A stretch of DNA of 64,000 nucleotides from Candidatus Poriferihabitaceae bacterium (lineage in GTDB: Bacteria; Pseudomonadota; Gammaproteobacteria; Arenicellales; Poriferihabitantaceae): contig OZ243042.1 of the NCBI GenBank assembly GCA_965212085.1, positions 2,217,990 through 2,281,989 of the forward strand. The letters run 5' to 3'. The translations under genes and the position numbers were made by a program. Every line of letters begins with the position of its first letter. Position 1 is the first letter of the stretch. The notes under the pieces were generated by a model, which was not told where the DNA came from, ran no database searches, and saw only the letters and a program-made list of their open reading frames with translations. This document shows, piece after piece, positions 46,844 to 56,732 of the stretch.

Positions 46844-47845
46844 ATGACCATCAAAGTCGCCATCAACGGCTATGGCCGCATTGGCCGCAACATTCTGCGC
46901 GCCAAGTATGAATCCGGCTATGACGAAATTCGCATCGTCGCCATCAACGACCTCGGGGACGCACAGACCAACGCCCACCTGACGCGCTACGACACCGCCC
47001 ACGGCAAATTTCCGGGCAGCGTTGAGGTGTCCGGCGACGACCTCGTGGTCAACGGCGACCCCATCCGCGTGCTGGCGGAACGGGATCCGGCCAAACTGCC
47101 GTGGGGCGAGTTGGGGGTGGACGTGGTCATCGAGAGCACCGGTTTTTTTGCCGACAAGGAAAAGGCCGGCGCGCATATCGCCGGCGGCGCGCGCAAGGTC
47201 ATCATCTCCGCACCGGGGGGCGCGGACGTAGACGCCACGGTGGTCTACGGCGTCAATCACGACGTGCTCAGGGCAAGCCACACGGTAATCTCCAACGCCT
47301 CGTGCACCACCAACTGCCTGGCGCCGCTGGCCAAGGTGTTGAACGATTCGGTGGGGTTGTTGCACGGCCTGATGAACACCATCCACGCCTACACCAACGA
47401 CCAGGTGCTGACCGACGTCTATCATACTGACCTGCGCCGCGCGCGCTCGGCCACCAGTTCCATGATTCCCACCAAGACCGGCGCGGCGGCGGCGGTGGGC
47501 ATGGTGCTGCCGGAACTGGACGGCAAACTGGATGGTTTTTCGGTGCGCGTGCCGACCATCAACGTGTCGCTGGTGGACCTGACCTTTGTCGCCGCCCGCG
47601 CAACCTCGGTGGAGGAAATCAACGCGTTGCTGAAGTCGGCGGCGGACGGCAAGGTGCTGGGTTACACCGACGAGCCGCTGGTGTCGGTGGACTTCAACCA
47701 CTCGCCGCTGTCGTCCACCGTGGACGCCGGCATGACCCGGGTGCGCGGCGGGACGCTGGTGAAGGTGTGTTCCTGGTACGACAACGAATGGGGTTTTTCC
47801 AACCGCATGCTTGACACCACCCTGGCCTTGATGAACGCGCCTTGA
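46844..47845 (+). CDS. gap: type I glyceraldehyde-3-phosphate dehydrogenase
   Basis: [10 protein letters not shown] and [12 protein letters not shown] motifs. ATG 46844 lies 7 nt after GGAG. Confidence 0.95.
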   Translation: MTIKVAINGYGRIGRNILRAKYESGYDEIRIVAINDLGDAQTNAHLTRYDTAHGKFPGSVEVSGDDLVVNGDPIRVLAERDPAKLPWGELGVDVVIESTGFFADKEKAGAHIAGGARKVIISAPGGADVDATVVYGVNHDVLRASHTVISNASCTTNCLAPLAKVLNDSVGLLHGLMNTIHAYTNDQVLTDVYHTDLRRARSATSSMIPTKTGAAAAVGMVLPELDGKLDGFSVRVPTINVSLVDLTFVAARATSVEEINALLKSAADGKVLGYTDEPLVSVDFNHSPLSSTVDAGMTRVRGGTLVKVCSWYDNEWGFSNRMLDTTLALMNAP

Positions 47846-47890
47846 TGTGCTTTGACGCGCCTTGATGCCGCCGCGACCCGCGGGCCGTCC

Positions 47891-49078
47891 ATGTCCGTAA
47901 TCCCAATGGCGGCGCTTGACCTGAACGGCAAGCGCGTGCTGATACGCCAGGACCTCAACGTGCCCGTGGCCGGCGGGAAAATTGCCTCGGCGCAACGGAT
48001 TGACGCCGCCCTCGGCACCATCCGCGCCGCCCTCGAAGCCGGCGCGAAAGTCATGCTCATGTCCCACGTTGGCCGCCCCGAAGAAGGCCGCGCCGATCCC
48101 GATCCCGCCCTGTCGCTGGCGCCGGTGGCCGAATACCTCGGCCATGCCCTGGGCCGTGAAGTAAAACTGTGCGCGGATTATCTGCAACGCCCGCCGGTTC
48201 CGGGCGATGGCGAAGTCATGGTGCTGGAAAACGCGCGCTTCAACACCGGCGAAAAAGCCAACGACCCGCAACTCGCCCGGCGGTACGCCGCGTTGTGCGA
48301 CGTGTTCGTCATGGATGCGTTCGGCACCGCCCACCGCACCCAGGCATCCACCCACGGCGTTACGCGCTACGCCCCCGAAGCTTGCGCCGGGCCGCTGCTG
48401 CTGGCGGAACTCGAAGCCCTGGGCAAGGCCCTGGAAAAGCCCCGGCGCCCGCTACTCGCCATCGTCGGCGGCGCCAAGGTCTCCACCAAACTGACGGTGC
48501 TGGAATCGTTGTCGGCGCGGGTAGATCAACTCATCCCCGGCGGCGGCATCGCCAATACCTTCCTTGCCGCCGCCGGACACGCGGTCGGCAAATCCCTGTA
48601 TGAACCGGACCTGGTCGGCGCGGCGCGCGACTTGCTGGAACAGGCCGAGGCCCGCGGACGGCCCATCCCGCTGCCCACCGACGTGGTGGTGGCCAAGGCG
48701 TTATCCGCTGATGCCGGCACCGAAGCGCGCGTAAAAGCGGCGCACCGGGTTGCCGGTGATGACCTGATCCTCGACGTCGGCCCGGACACCGTTCAACACT
48801 ACGCGCAAATAATCAAACGCGCCGGCACCATTCTCTGGAACGGCCCGCTGGGCGCGTTTGAGTTTGCGCACTTCGCCCACGGCACCGAATCCCTCGGCCA
48901 CGCGATTGCCGAATCCCAAGCCTATTCCGTGGCCGGCGGCGGCGACACCCTGGCGGCCATAGAAAAATTCAACCTCGCCGAAAAAATATCTTGCATCACC
49001 ACCGGCGGCGGCGCCTTCCTGGAACTGCTCAAAGGCAAAACCCTGCCGGCGGTGGTAGCTCTTGAAGCCCGCGCCTGA
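47891..49078 (+). CDS. pgk: phosphoglycerate kinase
   Basis: [20 protein letters not shown] and GGGDT motifs. Start at [11 protein letters not shown] (ATG 47891). Confidence 0.95.
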   Translation: MSVIPMAALDLNGKRVLIRQDLNVPVAGGKIASAQRIDAALGTIRAALEAGAKVMLMSHVGRPEEGRADPDPALSLAPVAEYLGHALGREVKLCADYLQRPPVPGDGEVMVLENARFNTGEKANDPQLARRYAALCDVFVMDAFGTAHRTQASTHGVTRYAPEACAGPLLLAELEALGKALEKPRRPLLAIVGGAKVSTKLTVLESLSARVDQLIPGGGIANTFLAAAGHAVGKSLYEPDLVGAARDLLEQAEARGRPIPLPTDVVVAKALSADAGTEARVKAAHRVAGDDLILDVGPDTVQHYAQIIKRAGTILWNGPLGAFEFAHFAHGTESLGHAIAESQAYSVAGGGDTLAAIEKFNLAEKISCITTGGGAFLELLKGKTLPAVVALEARA

Positions 49079-49127
49079 TACTTTCGCGCCTCGCTTGCCG
49101 CCCCGCACCCCGAAACCCCGCGCTGCC

Positions 49128-49295
49128 GTCATTCCCGAGCGTTAGTGTCCGTTGCCGCGCCAGCGGCTTACGGACACTTGCGTACTCGGGAATCCAGCCC
49201 CACGCACCCACCGCCGACTAACCCCCCGGATTCCCAAAAGCGATGAAAAATATAGCCGTCGCCACTCCCCATTTTTCTAACATCGCTCACATTCC
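49128..49295. repeat. Mosaic intergenic repeat array R4 (unit B forward, degenerate unit A reverse)
   Basis: Unit B lies at 49128-49197 (GTCATTCCCGAGCGTTAGTGTCCGTTGCCGCGCCAGCGGCTTACGGACACTTGCGTACTCGGGAATCCAG). A decayed unit A lies at 49228-49295. Confidence 0.85.
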
Positions 49296-49458
49296 ATAAC
49301 ATTTTTGACTCTGAAAGGGCGATTTCCATCTCAAACACCTCCCCATTTACCGCATTTTTCAACCAACCCGGCGTAATATCTGGTATGCTTCCCGGTCAAG
49401 ACCACGAACGGCGCAACTCAGGCAATCCCGCCAAACCGGCCACCGAAATTAAAACACC

Positions 49459-50061
49459 ATGAGTACTTTTTCCACGATACTGCAAACGCTAAACCACTCA
49501 TGGACTTGGGTTCTCGTAGCCCTTGTTGTAATTGCTATTTGGAAAGTGCCAACCTGGAAAGTAAGTATTGAGCACAGGCTGTCTGCCGTAGAAAAGGCCG
49601 TGGACGGGTTGTCCGGAAAAATGGACGAGGTTTATAGTGTGATCATTAATAAGTATGGCCGCGCCGTAGATCAGGCCGGCAGCCCGGTAACTTTGACCGA
49701 GTACGGCAAGGAGCTTTTCGCCAGAATAGACGCCGAAAAAATCGTGGATAAATACGTGGATAGATTACTTCAAGAAACAAAAGACATGAATGCCTATCAG
49801 GTACAAGAGCATTGTTTTCTTTTTTGCAAGGAAACATTGTTGGCGGATTTAGAAGAGCAGGACAAGGATAGTTTTGAAAAAATATCCACGGTCGCATTTG
49901 AGGAAGGCATTGATTTAGAAAAAATCACGCGGGTTGTTGGTATATCATTACGAGACCGAGTGCTTCCAATGCAAGGTAAATCGCATATCGAAGTGGACGA
50001 TCACTCTCCCCCGGTTCGGGGAAAACAACGTTCCGGCCAGCAGTCCCCTGGCCAATTTTAG
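49459..50061 (+). CDS. hypothetical membrane-anchored protein
   Basis: AT-rich 200-aa ORF with one N-terminal TM helix (WTWVLVALVVIAIW), a short coiled segment and an unrecognised C-terminal domain. Confidence 0.5.
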   Translation: MSTFSTILQTLNHSWTWVLVALVVIAIWKVPTWKVSIEHRLSAVEKAVDGLSGKMDEVYSVIINKYGRAVDQAGSPVTLTEYGKELFARIDAEKIVDKYVDRLLQETKDMNAYQVQEHCFLFCKETLLADLEEQDKDSFEKISTVAFEEGIDLEKITRVVGISLRDRVLPMQGKSHIEVDDHSPPVRGKQRSGQQSPGQF

Positions 50062-50071
50062 TACACAATCT

Positions 50072-50416
50072 ATGAATGCAAACCCCGGAAATCCCCCGGC
50101 GGTCAGCGTAATTCTGCCCGCTTTCAACGCCGAAAAATATCTCGGCGAGGCGCTTGATAGCATCCTCTCGCAAACCTTCGCCGACTTTGAATTGATCGCC
50201 GTCAATGACGGCTCAACAGACCGCACGCTGGAAATACTGCGTGGTAATTCCGATTACCGAATACGAATAGTATCCAACGACAAGAATCTGGGGCTGGCAA
50301 AATCCTTGAACGAGGGAATCTCCAAAGCGCGTGGCCGTTACATCGCCCGGCAGGATGCCGATGACATCAGCCTGCCGGAACGGTTGAATACACAATTGTT
50401 CCAATTTGGAAAGTGA
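50072..50416 (+). pseudogene. family-2 glycosyltransferase, N-terminal ~105 aa only (truncated)
   Basis: VSVILPAFNAEKYLGEALDSILSQTF.DFELIAVNDGSTD...ARQDADDIS is a GT2 N-terminus. Homology stops near 50385, where antisense sequence of another gene's 5' end begins. Confidence 0.7.
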
Positions 50417-50467
50417 TTTGCCAATCCATAGGGATTGAATAACGGGTAGTTTCCTTTTACTGTTCAC
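50384..50467 (-). pseudogene. orphan 5' fragment of an IQSLWIG-type glycosyltransferase gene
   Basis: It translates to MNSKRKLPVIQSLWIGKSLSKLEQLCIQ, matching the N-terminus of the intact gene at 51233-52012. It abuts the truncated GT2 gene. Confidence 0.65.
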
Positions 50468-51254
50468 CGGTTTGTTGCCGTAATTTGGGCGGGTGGGTTA
50501 AATAAAACCACCGGCGCCGGTATGACCGGATCCTGGCATTCAACCAAGCCGAGCGGGAGATCCAAAATGTCCGTCCGACTTTTTTAGAAGTTATGCGATG
50601 CAAGGTTGTTTCCACTTCGCTGTGAAATGCAACCGCCGGAAGCGCATTGTAATGACGGATTTTGTGATACCAACTTTCATTCCAATAAGCATCAACGACA
50701 ATTCGCATTGGAATCGCTTGACTTGCCAAGTTGGTAGCTCCGGTTGGGGTGACTAAATACGCTATTGCGTAATGCTGGGTTTTTTTGCATTGCACCAATG
50801 CAGAACCATTAGCCAATTTGCAAATGGTGGTTTTTACTTTGGGCTTTACGGTTTTATCAATAAAACTGCGCCCAGCCAAATTCACCAAATCCCATTTCCA
50901 TGTGCAGTTAACCAACTCGTCAATTACGCCAAAGAAATCATCATTCCAAACCGCATCGTCTTCAAGTATTAAAGCGGGCGTGTCCAGTTTGGCGATGCGT
51001 TGCCACAAGCGATAATGCGAAAAATAACAGGCACATTCACCTGGTCCCAACTTTCTCCCATAAACTCGCCATGCAATATCGTGGCGAATCTTATCTTGCC
51101 ATTCGCCAATCTCGGCTTTGCCGTCCACGGCATCAACAATTTCATAGTTAACCCCGGCGGCATCCAACCGGGCTTTGATTGTTGACCGTCGATCAGTTTC
51201 ACGGGCAAGTGAAATCACATAAATGGGAATGCTCACTTGATTTTGTGTTTGCAT
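50457..51254 (-). CDS. family-25 glycosyltransferase (LOS/LPS beta-1,4-galactosyltransferase-like)
   Basis: N-terminus IPIYVISLARETDRR...I......GV.YEIVDAVDG is typical of GT25. Confidence 0.8.
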   Translation of the reverse strand: MQTQNQVSIPIYVISLARETDRRSTIKARLDAAGVNYEIVDAVDGKAEIGEWQDKIRHDIAWRVYGRKLGPGECACYFSHYRLWQRIAKLDTPALILEDDAVWNDDFFGVIDELVNCTWKWDLVNLAGRSFIDKTVKPKVKTTICKLANGSALVQCKKTQHYAIAYLVTPTGATNLASQAIPMRIVVDAYWNESWYHKIRHYNALPAVAFHSEVETTLHRITSKKVGRTFWISRSAWLNARIRSYRRRWFYLTHPPKLRQQTGEQ

Positions 51255-52012
51255 TTTAGTTGTTCCAACAATGAATTCCGTGGAAAGTCAGCGTTTTTAT
51301 CAGTGCCTAATCTGCGCCAATGTTCATTCCATAAATGAATTGCGAATGTGTCCTGGGTAAATGGTGAGTGGTCGGCAAAGGTATTGTCAAAAATGCTGTC
51401 GCAGTTTTCCCAATGGACAGGGAAAAACCAAGTATGTGGTTTGGCTTTTTCAAACAAGTTGTAATGTTTTAATGCCGCTGACAATGAAACCGGGCCGCCG
51501 ACCATGCCAAAACTCGCACCTTCTTGCCCACGCCGCATTAATCGCATTTTGAATTTACGCCGCCGTAATTTGTTGCTGTCCCACGGACTGGTTTTGGGAA
51601 AGTTCCGGCACGATTTTTCCAACTCAGCAAACACCGCCACCTTCCCGCCAAGCACAGCCGTTCCGGTAATGCTGAATGTGCTACGCCCAACAATAAACTC
51701 ATCGCCAAAATCAAACGGCTTGATGCAGACCACATCCATATCCACCCAAAACCCGCCGACCTTGCAAAGCATTGCATAGCGGAACCAATTGGAAAACCCG
51801 CCATAACCGCCGTTTTTATATTTGAAGATTGTGCTACTCGGCAGAATGTCATTTGCGTCTTTGATGACACAACCATCGGGGATGTTTTGCACTTCGTCAT
51901 AAACATATAAACGAAATTCGTGCCCGTTATCCAGGAACGATTGAACGCACAATCGTTCAACCTTGGATAACGACTCGCCAATCCAGAGCGATTGAATTAT
52001 TGGAAGGTTCAT
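51233..52012 (-). CDS. glycosyltransferase with DXD motif (Gly_transf_sug / capsule-synthesis-like)
   Basis: MNLPIIQSLWIGESLSKVERLCVQSFLDNGHEFRLYVYD and FWVDMDV motifs. Confidence 0.7.
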   Translation of the reverse strand: MNLPIIQSLWIGESLSKVERLCVQSFLDNGHEFRLYVYDEVQNIPDGCVIKDANDILPSSTIFKYKNGGYGGFSNWFRYAMLCKVGGFWVDMDVVCIKPFDFGDEFIVGRSTFSITGTAVLGGKVAVFAELEKSCRNFPKTSPWDSNKLRRRKFKMRLMRRGQEGASFGMVGGPVSLSAALKHYNLFEKAKPHTWFFPVHWENCDSIFDNTFADHSPFTQDTFAIHLWNEHWRRLGTDKNADFPRNSLLEQLKCKHKIK

Positions 52013-52080
52013 TTTTTTAGCCGTGTGATAAGTTCAAATTTTTTCGCTGACAGGTAAGCGGTTTTTTGAGGGCGGTTCAT

Positions 52081-52716
52081 TCAGCCTGGGATACGGCGAC
52101 ACAGCATGAACCAACTGTTTCGGAAAGCATCTTTATGATGACGCACCGTATATCCGTTATCCGCAATCAGGCGATTTAGATTTTCGAAATAGGCAATGTT
52201 GTCTACGCCGTCAAACGAGCGGTTATGTGCAAAGAACAGATAGTCAAAATGCCGGTAATAAGGCTCCAACGCTTGCCTGGCTGGTAGCGGCATTTCGTTC
52301 ACGCTGAATGTGGCAATAAGCAGGGATGTTGCCGATTGCTTCGACAGTAATGCCGGCATATCAAGCGGTGAAAACTCCACACCGGTTATGTCGTTGGCGC
52401 ATAGATAGTCTTTTTGTAATTCCAACATTTCTTCAAGGTCGGCAATAATGTAGCGCCCGTTGTATCCGAGTCGCTTGACGAGACGGCAAAAGTTTCCGTA
52501 TCCACCGCCGATTTCAACGATATGAGAAACTGACTTCGGCACAGAACACTTGAGTTCGACATGCAACAGATTGAGGTAATACATGTGTTGAATGGTTAAC
52601 GGGCTCGCCTGCGGTAGTAACTCAAACTGGTAAGGCGTGCCCACACGACCATCTAGTGTTTGGGGCAGTAAGACATCTTGATAAAACTGACTTTTCAACA
52701 ATTCTGCGTAATACAA
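52081..52716 (-). CDS. class I SAM-dependent methyltransferase (putative sugar O-methyltransferase)
   Basis: Motif I VEIGGGYGN and a post-I acidic residue (IIADLEE). Confidence 0.7.
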   Translation of the reverse strand: MYYAELLKSQFYQDVLLPQTLDGRVGTPYQFELLPQASPLTIQHMYYLNLLHVELKCSVPKSVSHIVEIGGGYGNFCRLVKRLGYNGRYIIADLEEMLELQKDYLCANDITGVEFSPLDMPALLSKQSATSLLIATFSVNEMPLPARQALEPYYRHFDYLFFAHNRSFDGVDNIAYFENLNRLIADNGYTVRHHKDAFRNSWFMLCRRIPG

Positions 52717-52914
52717 CTTGGCTAACTTTTACTGGTTTGGATGCAGCACCCGGCTGATGGTCTTTTGTCGCAAAAAAGATTGCGGGGATTGCTTCCATTC
52801 GGCAATAATCTGTTGTGGCAGGCTGTCCCACAACGGCCCCGCCGTTTCGGGATGAGTAGTTCTGCTTCGACGGCGGTTCCACCGCTTGAGAATATTCTTG
52901 AACATACTTTCTGT

Positions 52915-53011
52915 TCCTACTATGGTCTAAAAATGAATGGATGCATAAATTCTTCAGATTGGAAAGCGGGTTGCCAATCCAAAGCGATTGGATTATTGGG
53001 AAATTCATCAT
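52915..53011 (-). pseudogene. second orphan 5' fragment of an IQSLWIG-type glycosyltransferase gene
   Basis: It translates to MMNFPIIQSLWIGNPLSNLKNLCIHSFLDH, then loses similarity. Confidence 0.65.
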
Positions 53012-53115
53012 TGTCGTGCCCTTTGTGGTGACGGCGTTGTCGGTAAAAGTGGTGGTGGTTGGCGGTAAGGTGACGGCAGGCAAAATGCCGGAGACACGAC
53101 GGTGTGAATAGCAGA

Positions 53116-54558
53116 TTATACACATTTTTGAATGATGACTTGGGGGTAAGCGGAAAGAACGCGATACTCACCGATGTGGCGATTTAAGAAGTGGTCAATT
53201 GCATGGCGAGGTTGATGTCCAGCGTACTCCGCATGCCCAATTGCATAATCGTCCCACACCAGCACGCCGCCGTCACTAAGCACTCGCCACGATAGATAAG
53301 TATCAATTAAAACATTAGGTTCAAAATGTCCGGCGTCAATATAAACCACATCAAACATTTCGCCGTCGTTAATCAATTTTGACAACGCGCTAAAAGTGTC
53401 GGATTTTATTTTTCGCAGTCGTTTGGAGAATGGCGCGGTGACCTTGTCAAAAATGGACTCCGCTTCATCCAAGTTTGTCAGCTTTACAAAGTATTCTTTC
53501 CAAGCGTCAACGCAAGTAATGTTTGCGTCTGGAAACAAGTGCGCCCACACCACAGCGGACCCGCCCTGATAACTGCCCAATTCCAAAATCCGGGACGGTG
53601 CAGTTGTAATCGCACCTTTCCATGCAATATATGAACCGTGAATGGATGGGAAATCGTCATGGTTAAATGCGTCAAACTCGCCGCTATACTTAGCCCGCCA
53701 ATATCGGTAATTATGCTTGGATTTTATGTAGTGCGGACGCAAAATTTTGCCGAGTTGCCAATACCGGTTGCGGAAAATCGCCGGGCGTTTGGGTTTGTAG
53801 TATGCATAACTCTTGGTTTTCTCCGTAGTGGCGGCGGTGCCGGTAAAAGCGGTAGCGTTAATTTCAATCCCGGCTAGCGCATTACCATCAATCAAACCTC
53901 TTTGCACCAGGCCGTTGTAGTTTTCAATTTTCGGTCTTTTAAGCCCTTTCGTTGATGTTTTCATGCGAATATGAATCAAGGCGGCGTTTTCAATGCCGGG
54001 CATGTAACTGCCGTGACACCACTTCTCTCCATCGGGGAATATGTGAGGCTTTTCAAGCCGCGCCAGAGATGCCAGGCGGTGCATGACACCTTCGTCGTGG
54101 TGGCAGTATTTGCCGCTGAACTGCGCCATTTCGTCTTCCCTGATGTGTGGTCTTAGTTTTATTCTTATGTCCCGCTCCAGACGCCAAACCGCGCCACCCC
54201 AATAAGGATATTTTCGGTTTGTCAGGTCGGGAAATTTTTTCTGCACGCTTTTGAACAGTCGTTTCTGAACCTTGGTGGACATGCCTATCCCGCTGACGTC
54301 TTCAAACACATCTTCTTCCATCCCCTTCCTTGTGAACATGTCTATGTCAAGCATGACCACAATATCATAATCGTCAAACTCCTCGTTAAGCATATAAAGT
54401 TTTTGGCATTGGGCGCTAAGATTTGGCCTGAAAACATGACCCCGTAAAAGTCTGTATTCGGCGCCGACTTTCTCCGCATAGCGGGATATGTTGGCGATGG
54501 AGAGATGTTCCAGTTCTCCGAGTTCACCGCTCCAGTGCTGCAGGATTATTTTTTTCAT
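53116..54558 (-). CDS. bifunctional glycosyltransferase (N-terminal, DXD) / class I SAM methyltransferase (C-terminal)
   Basis: Start at MKKIILQHW (ATGA overlap with the upstream stop). The N-terminal domain is paralogous to 54555-55355 (VMLDIDMF). The C-terminal domain carries ILELGSYQGGSAV ... VVYIDAGH ... GGVLVWDDY (Methyltransf_24-like). Confidence 0.7.
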   Translation of the reverse strand: MKKIILQHWSGELGELEHLSIANISRYAEKVGAEYRLLRGHVFRPNLSAQCQKLYMLNEEFDDYDIVVMLDIDMFTRKGMEEDVFEDVSGIGMSTKVQKRLFKSVQKKFPDLTNRKYPYWGGAVWRLERDIRIKLRPHIREDEMAQFSGKYCHHDEGVMHRLASLARLEKPHIFPDGEKWCHGSYMPGIENAALIHIRMKTSTKGLKRPKIENYNGLVQRGLIDGNALAGIEINATAFTGTAATTEKTKSYAYYKPKRPAIFRNRYWQLGKILRPHYIKSKHNYRYWRAKYSGEFDAFNHDDFPSIHGSYIAWKGAITTAPSRILELGSYQGGSAVVWAHLFPDANITCVDAWKEYFVKLTNLDEAESIFDKVTAPFSKRLRKIKSDTFSALSKLINDGEMFDVVYIDAGHFEPNVLIDTYLSWRVLSDGGVLVWDDYAIGHAEYAGHQPRHAIDHFLNRHIGEYRVLSAYPQVIIQKCV

Positions 54559-55355
54559 TCCTCCAACCCCCATTCCCGTTCCGGCAGGTTGGTGATTTTC
54601 CAAAGCGTACCGGCATCAAGGTCATCGGCACCACTTAACTGAATATGCACAAACTTTGTGTTCTCCGTTCGCATGTCGTTCAAGTGTTTTTTATTTTCGG
54701 AATCAAAATACCAATGGACATAGCTGTTCCAGCCGTTATCCAGTTCAACATAATCCATATCCGCGACCTTGAGCATTGCATGAATATAGTTTTGGTCGGA
54801 TTGGTAGATACCGCGAAGCCCCTGCGATTTGACATACTTCATGTATTTCTTGAATGGTACAAATTTCTTTCGCGCTTTCATAATACCCTTGTTGGAAAGC
54901 ATAAAAAGCCCGCCGTTATACACTTTCAATAGCCCCGAATCAGTGCGTGGCATTTCCACTTTCCAGCGGGCGGTTATCGCTTGCGCCCACTGTTCCTCTG
55001 TTTCACCGGTGAGTTTGCCGCTGAGCGTTTTGCGAAATTCGGGTTGGAACGGCTCGGTGCAAATACCCATCTCGGCGGTGAAACCGTCAAATATATTTTC
55101 CCGCAGACCGTCCACGGCGAAGATGTCCGTGTCCGCATATAATATGTTGTCGTATTCGCCGAAAGCCTTGTCAAAAATCGGTTTGAGGCAACCATAGACT
55201 TTGGAATATCGCCCCAGATTGGTAACGAATCCCGGATTGTCTTCAAAAACATGCTCGGCGCCGATGTGCTTGGCATATATGCGCATATTTTCCCATCCGA
55301 TTTTGCAACCAGACGGTGCATCGCCGTCCCAGTATTGGTATATCAAGTTTTTCAT
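54555..55355 (-). CDS. glycosyltransferase-like protein with DXD motif
   Basis: MKNLIYQYWDGD...YAKHIGAEH...ILYADTDIF; a paralogue of the N-terminal domain of the downstream gene. Confidence 0.65.
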   Translation of the reverse strand: MKNLIYQYWDGDAPSGCKIGWENMRIYAKHIGAEHVFEDNPGFVTNLGRYSKVYGCLKPIFDKAFGEYDNILYADTDIFAVDGLRENIFDGFTAEMGICTEPFQPEFRKTLSGKLTGETEEQWAQAITARWKVEMPRTDSGLLKVYNGGLFMLSNKGIMKARKKFVPFKKYMKYVKSQGLRGIYQSDQNYIHAMLKVADMDYVELDNGWNSYVHWYFDSENKKHLNDMRTENTKFVHIQLSGADDLDAGTLWKITNLPEREWGLEE

Positions 55356-56728
55356 TTCAGAGATTTCAAAAAAGTTTTGATTTTTCTTTTAACCATCTTG
55401 CGCTTGTATCTTGGAAAAAACCTTTGCCAATAATGGGCAAGCTGAGCAAACTCATACATCAGGTTCATTTTACGCCATCTTCTGATTAGTACAAGGTCAC
55501 GCCGGTCTTTCCTTTCCCGGCGCAATCTTTTCATGTTCATCAACACCGGCAAACTGACAAATTTGATGCCGTAAAAATAAAAATACAGGCGCGGGTCGTC
55601 CAACAAATCGGCGAGCGAACAGTCGGCATACTGCGCCTTCTCGTTGCTCAGGGATATGCCGGCACCGTTTGTATTCAGCGCCTCCCCGCTTGCGCTGATG
55701 TAGTCCAGATCGTTCGCCGGCCGCACCCCGTACACTTCCATCACGGAACTGCCGTGAATGGCAAAGCACTCGCTTACCCCCCCCCTATCGTTCACGGCGG
55801 CGGCATAACGCAAAAAGCGTTCGTGAAAAGCCGGGGAGTCAATGGGCGTTGCGTGGGCAAGGAAATGTATGCTGTTGGCGTTGAAAAATGTTTTCGCCAT
55901 GCAAATTGTTTCGGCGTGGTCGTCTGTTATGTGCAGCGATTCTTTTCCCATTCCGATTAAGTCCCGTATGCTCTCTTTGACCGGCACGACATCCGCATGG
56001 TTTTTTACTTCCAATAAAAGCACATAAAACGACCGCTCTCCGGTAAAACAATTCTTTACCTTGCTTCGGGTGCCGGGAAATTTTTCCTTGTGCGTTCCGT
56101 CCCAGAAAATGTCGGGGTATAACTGCCTAATCGTATTCACCGCCATTCTCATTCCCAGTACCGGTATCTTTTTGTGACAGATTATTTTTCCCGCTTCCGC
56201 CAGCATGGATTGAATCGTCTCAATCTTCGCCGAGGCGCAGGGATATACAACGGCGAGGTAACAATCGCTTTTCAGGCGGCAATATTCCAGTGCCATGTAA
56301 TCCAGAATATCGGGGTCAAGACCGCGTTTTTGGAAAAGGCCCCAGCTGCTGTCGTAGCGTTCTTGTGTATCCAATACTTGGCATGTCAGGGGAGTGTCAT
56401 AAAACAAACAGGCGGCGATGCGGTGAGCACCGTTTAGCGCCGTGCGGTTGCGGGCTATCGGCACTGCTTTTGCGTCGTCAAAGCCGCGTTCCTTAATTGA
56501 GTTCAGTAACGTTTCGTAGTTTGTTACGAATTCGGAAATGCCGGATTTTTCTATTTTGCCGTGGCGGAACTCTATGCCTTGATTCATGGCAAAGATGTGG
56601 GATTCATAGACCGTGCGTCCCCATTGGGTAGATGGGTTTTGCTCGCGCAGTCGTGCGTAGACGTGCTTGGCGCAGATGTCGAGGCGTTGCGGTGTGAGTA
56701 GGTGGGTGGGGGAGATGTGTTGTTCCAT
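55352..56728 (-). CDS. hypothetical protein; possible ParB/Srx-like N-terminal motif and pol-beta NTase-like C-terminal motif
   Basis: 458 aa. ALNGAHRIAACL resembles the DGxHR box of ParB-like domains. HGSSVMEVYGVRPANDLDYI resembles the GS...DxD NTase signature. No confident family assignment. Confidence 0.45.
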   Translation of the reverse strand: MEQHISPTHLLTPQRLDICAKHVYARLREQNPSTQWGRTVYESHIFAMNQGIEFRHGKIEKSGISEFVTNYETLLNSIKERGFDDAKAVPIARNRTALNGAHRIAACLFYDTPLTCQVLDTQERYDSSWGLFQKRGLDPDILDYMALEYCRLKSDCYLAVVYPCASAKIETIQSMLAEAGKIICHKKIPVLGMRMAVNTIRQLYPDIFWDGTHKEKFPGTRSKVKNCFTGERSFYVLLLEVKNHADVVPVKESIRDLIGMGKESLHITDDHAETICMAKTFFNANSIHFLAHATPIDSPAFHERFLRYAAAVNDRGGVSECFAIHGSSVMEVYGVRPANDLDYISASGEALNTNGAGISLSNEKAQYADCSLADLLDDPRLYFYFYGIKFVSLPVLMNMKRLRRERKDRRDLVLIRRWRKMNLMYEFAQLAHYWQRFFPRYKRKMVKRKIKTFLKSLK

Positions 56729-56732
56729 TTTA

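Noticed and set aside
46043-48355. 770-aa minus-strand ORF overlapping tkt, gap and pgk. Similar long antisense ORFs occur at 22566-23876, 3975-5219, 10234-11301, 25654-26781, 36196-37446, 13766-14485 and 37977-38837.
   Set aside because: All lie opposite confidently recognised genes. They have Arg/Gly/Ala/His-rich low-complexity composition typical of shadow frames in GC-rich DNA, and they carry no recognisable motifs.
49934-50071. 46-aa N-terminal extension of the GT2 ORF overlapping the preceding gene.
   Set aside because: The GT2 family N-terminus (PAVSVILPAFN) begins a few residues after ATG 50072. The extension overlaps the 3' end of 49459-50061 in another frame.
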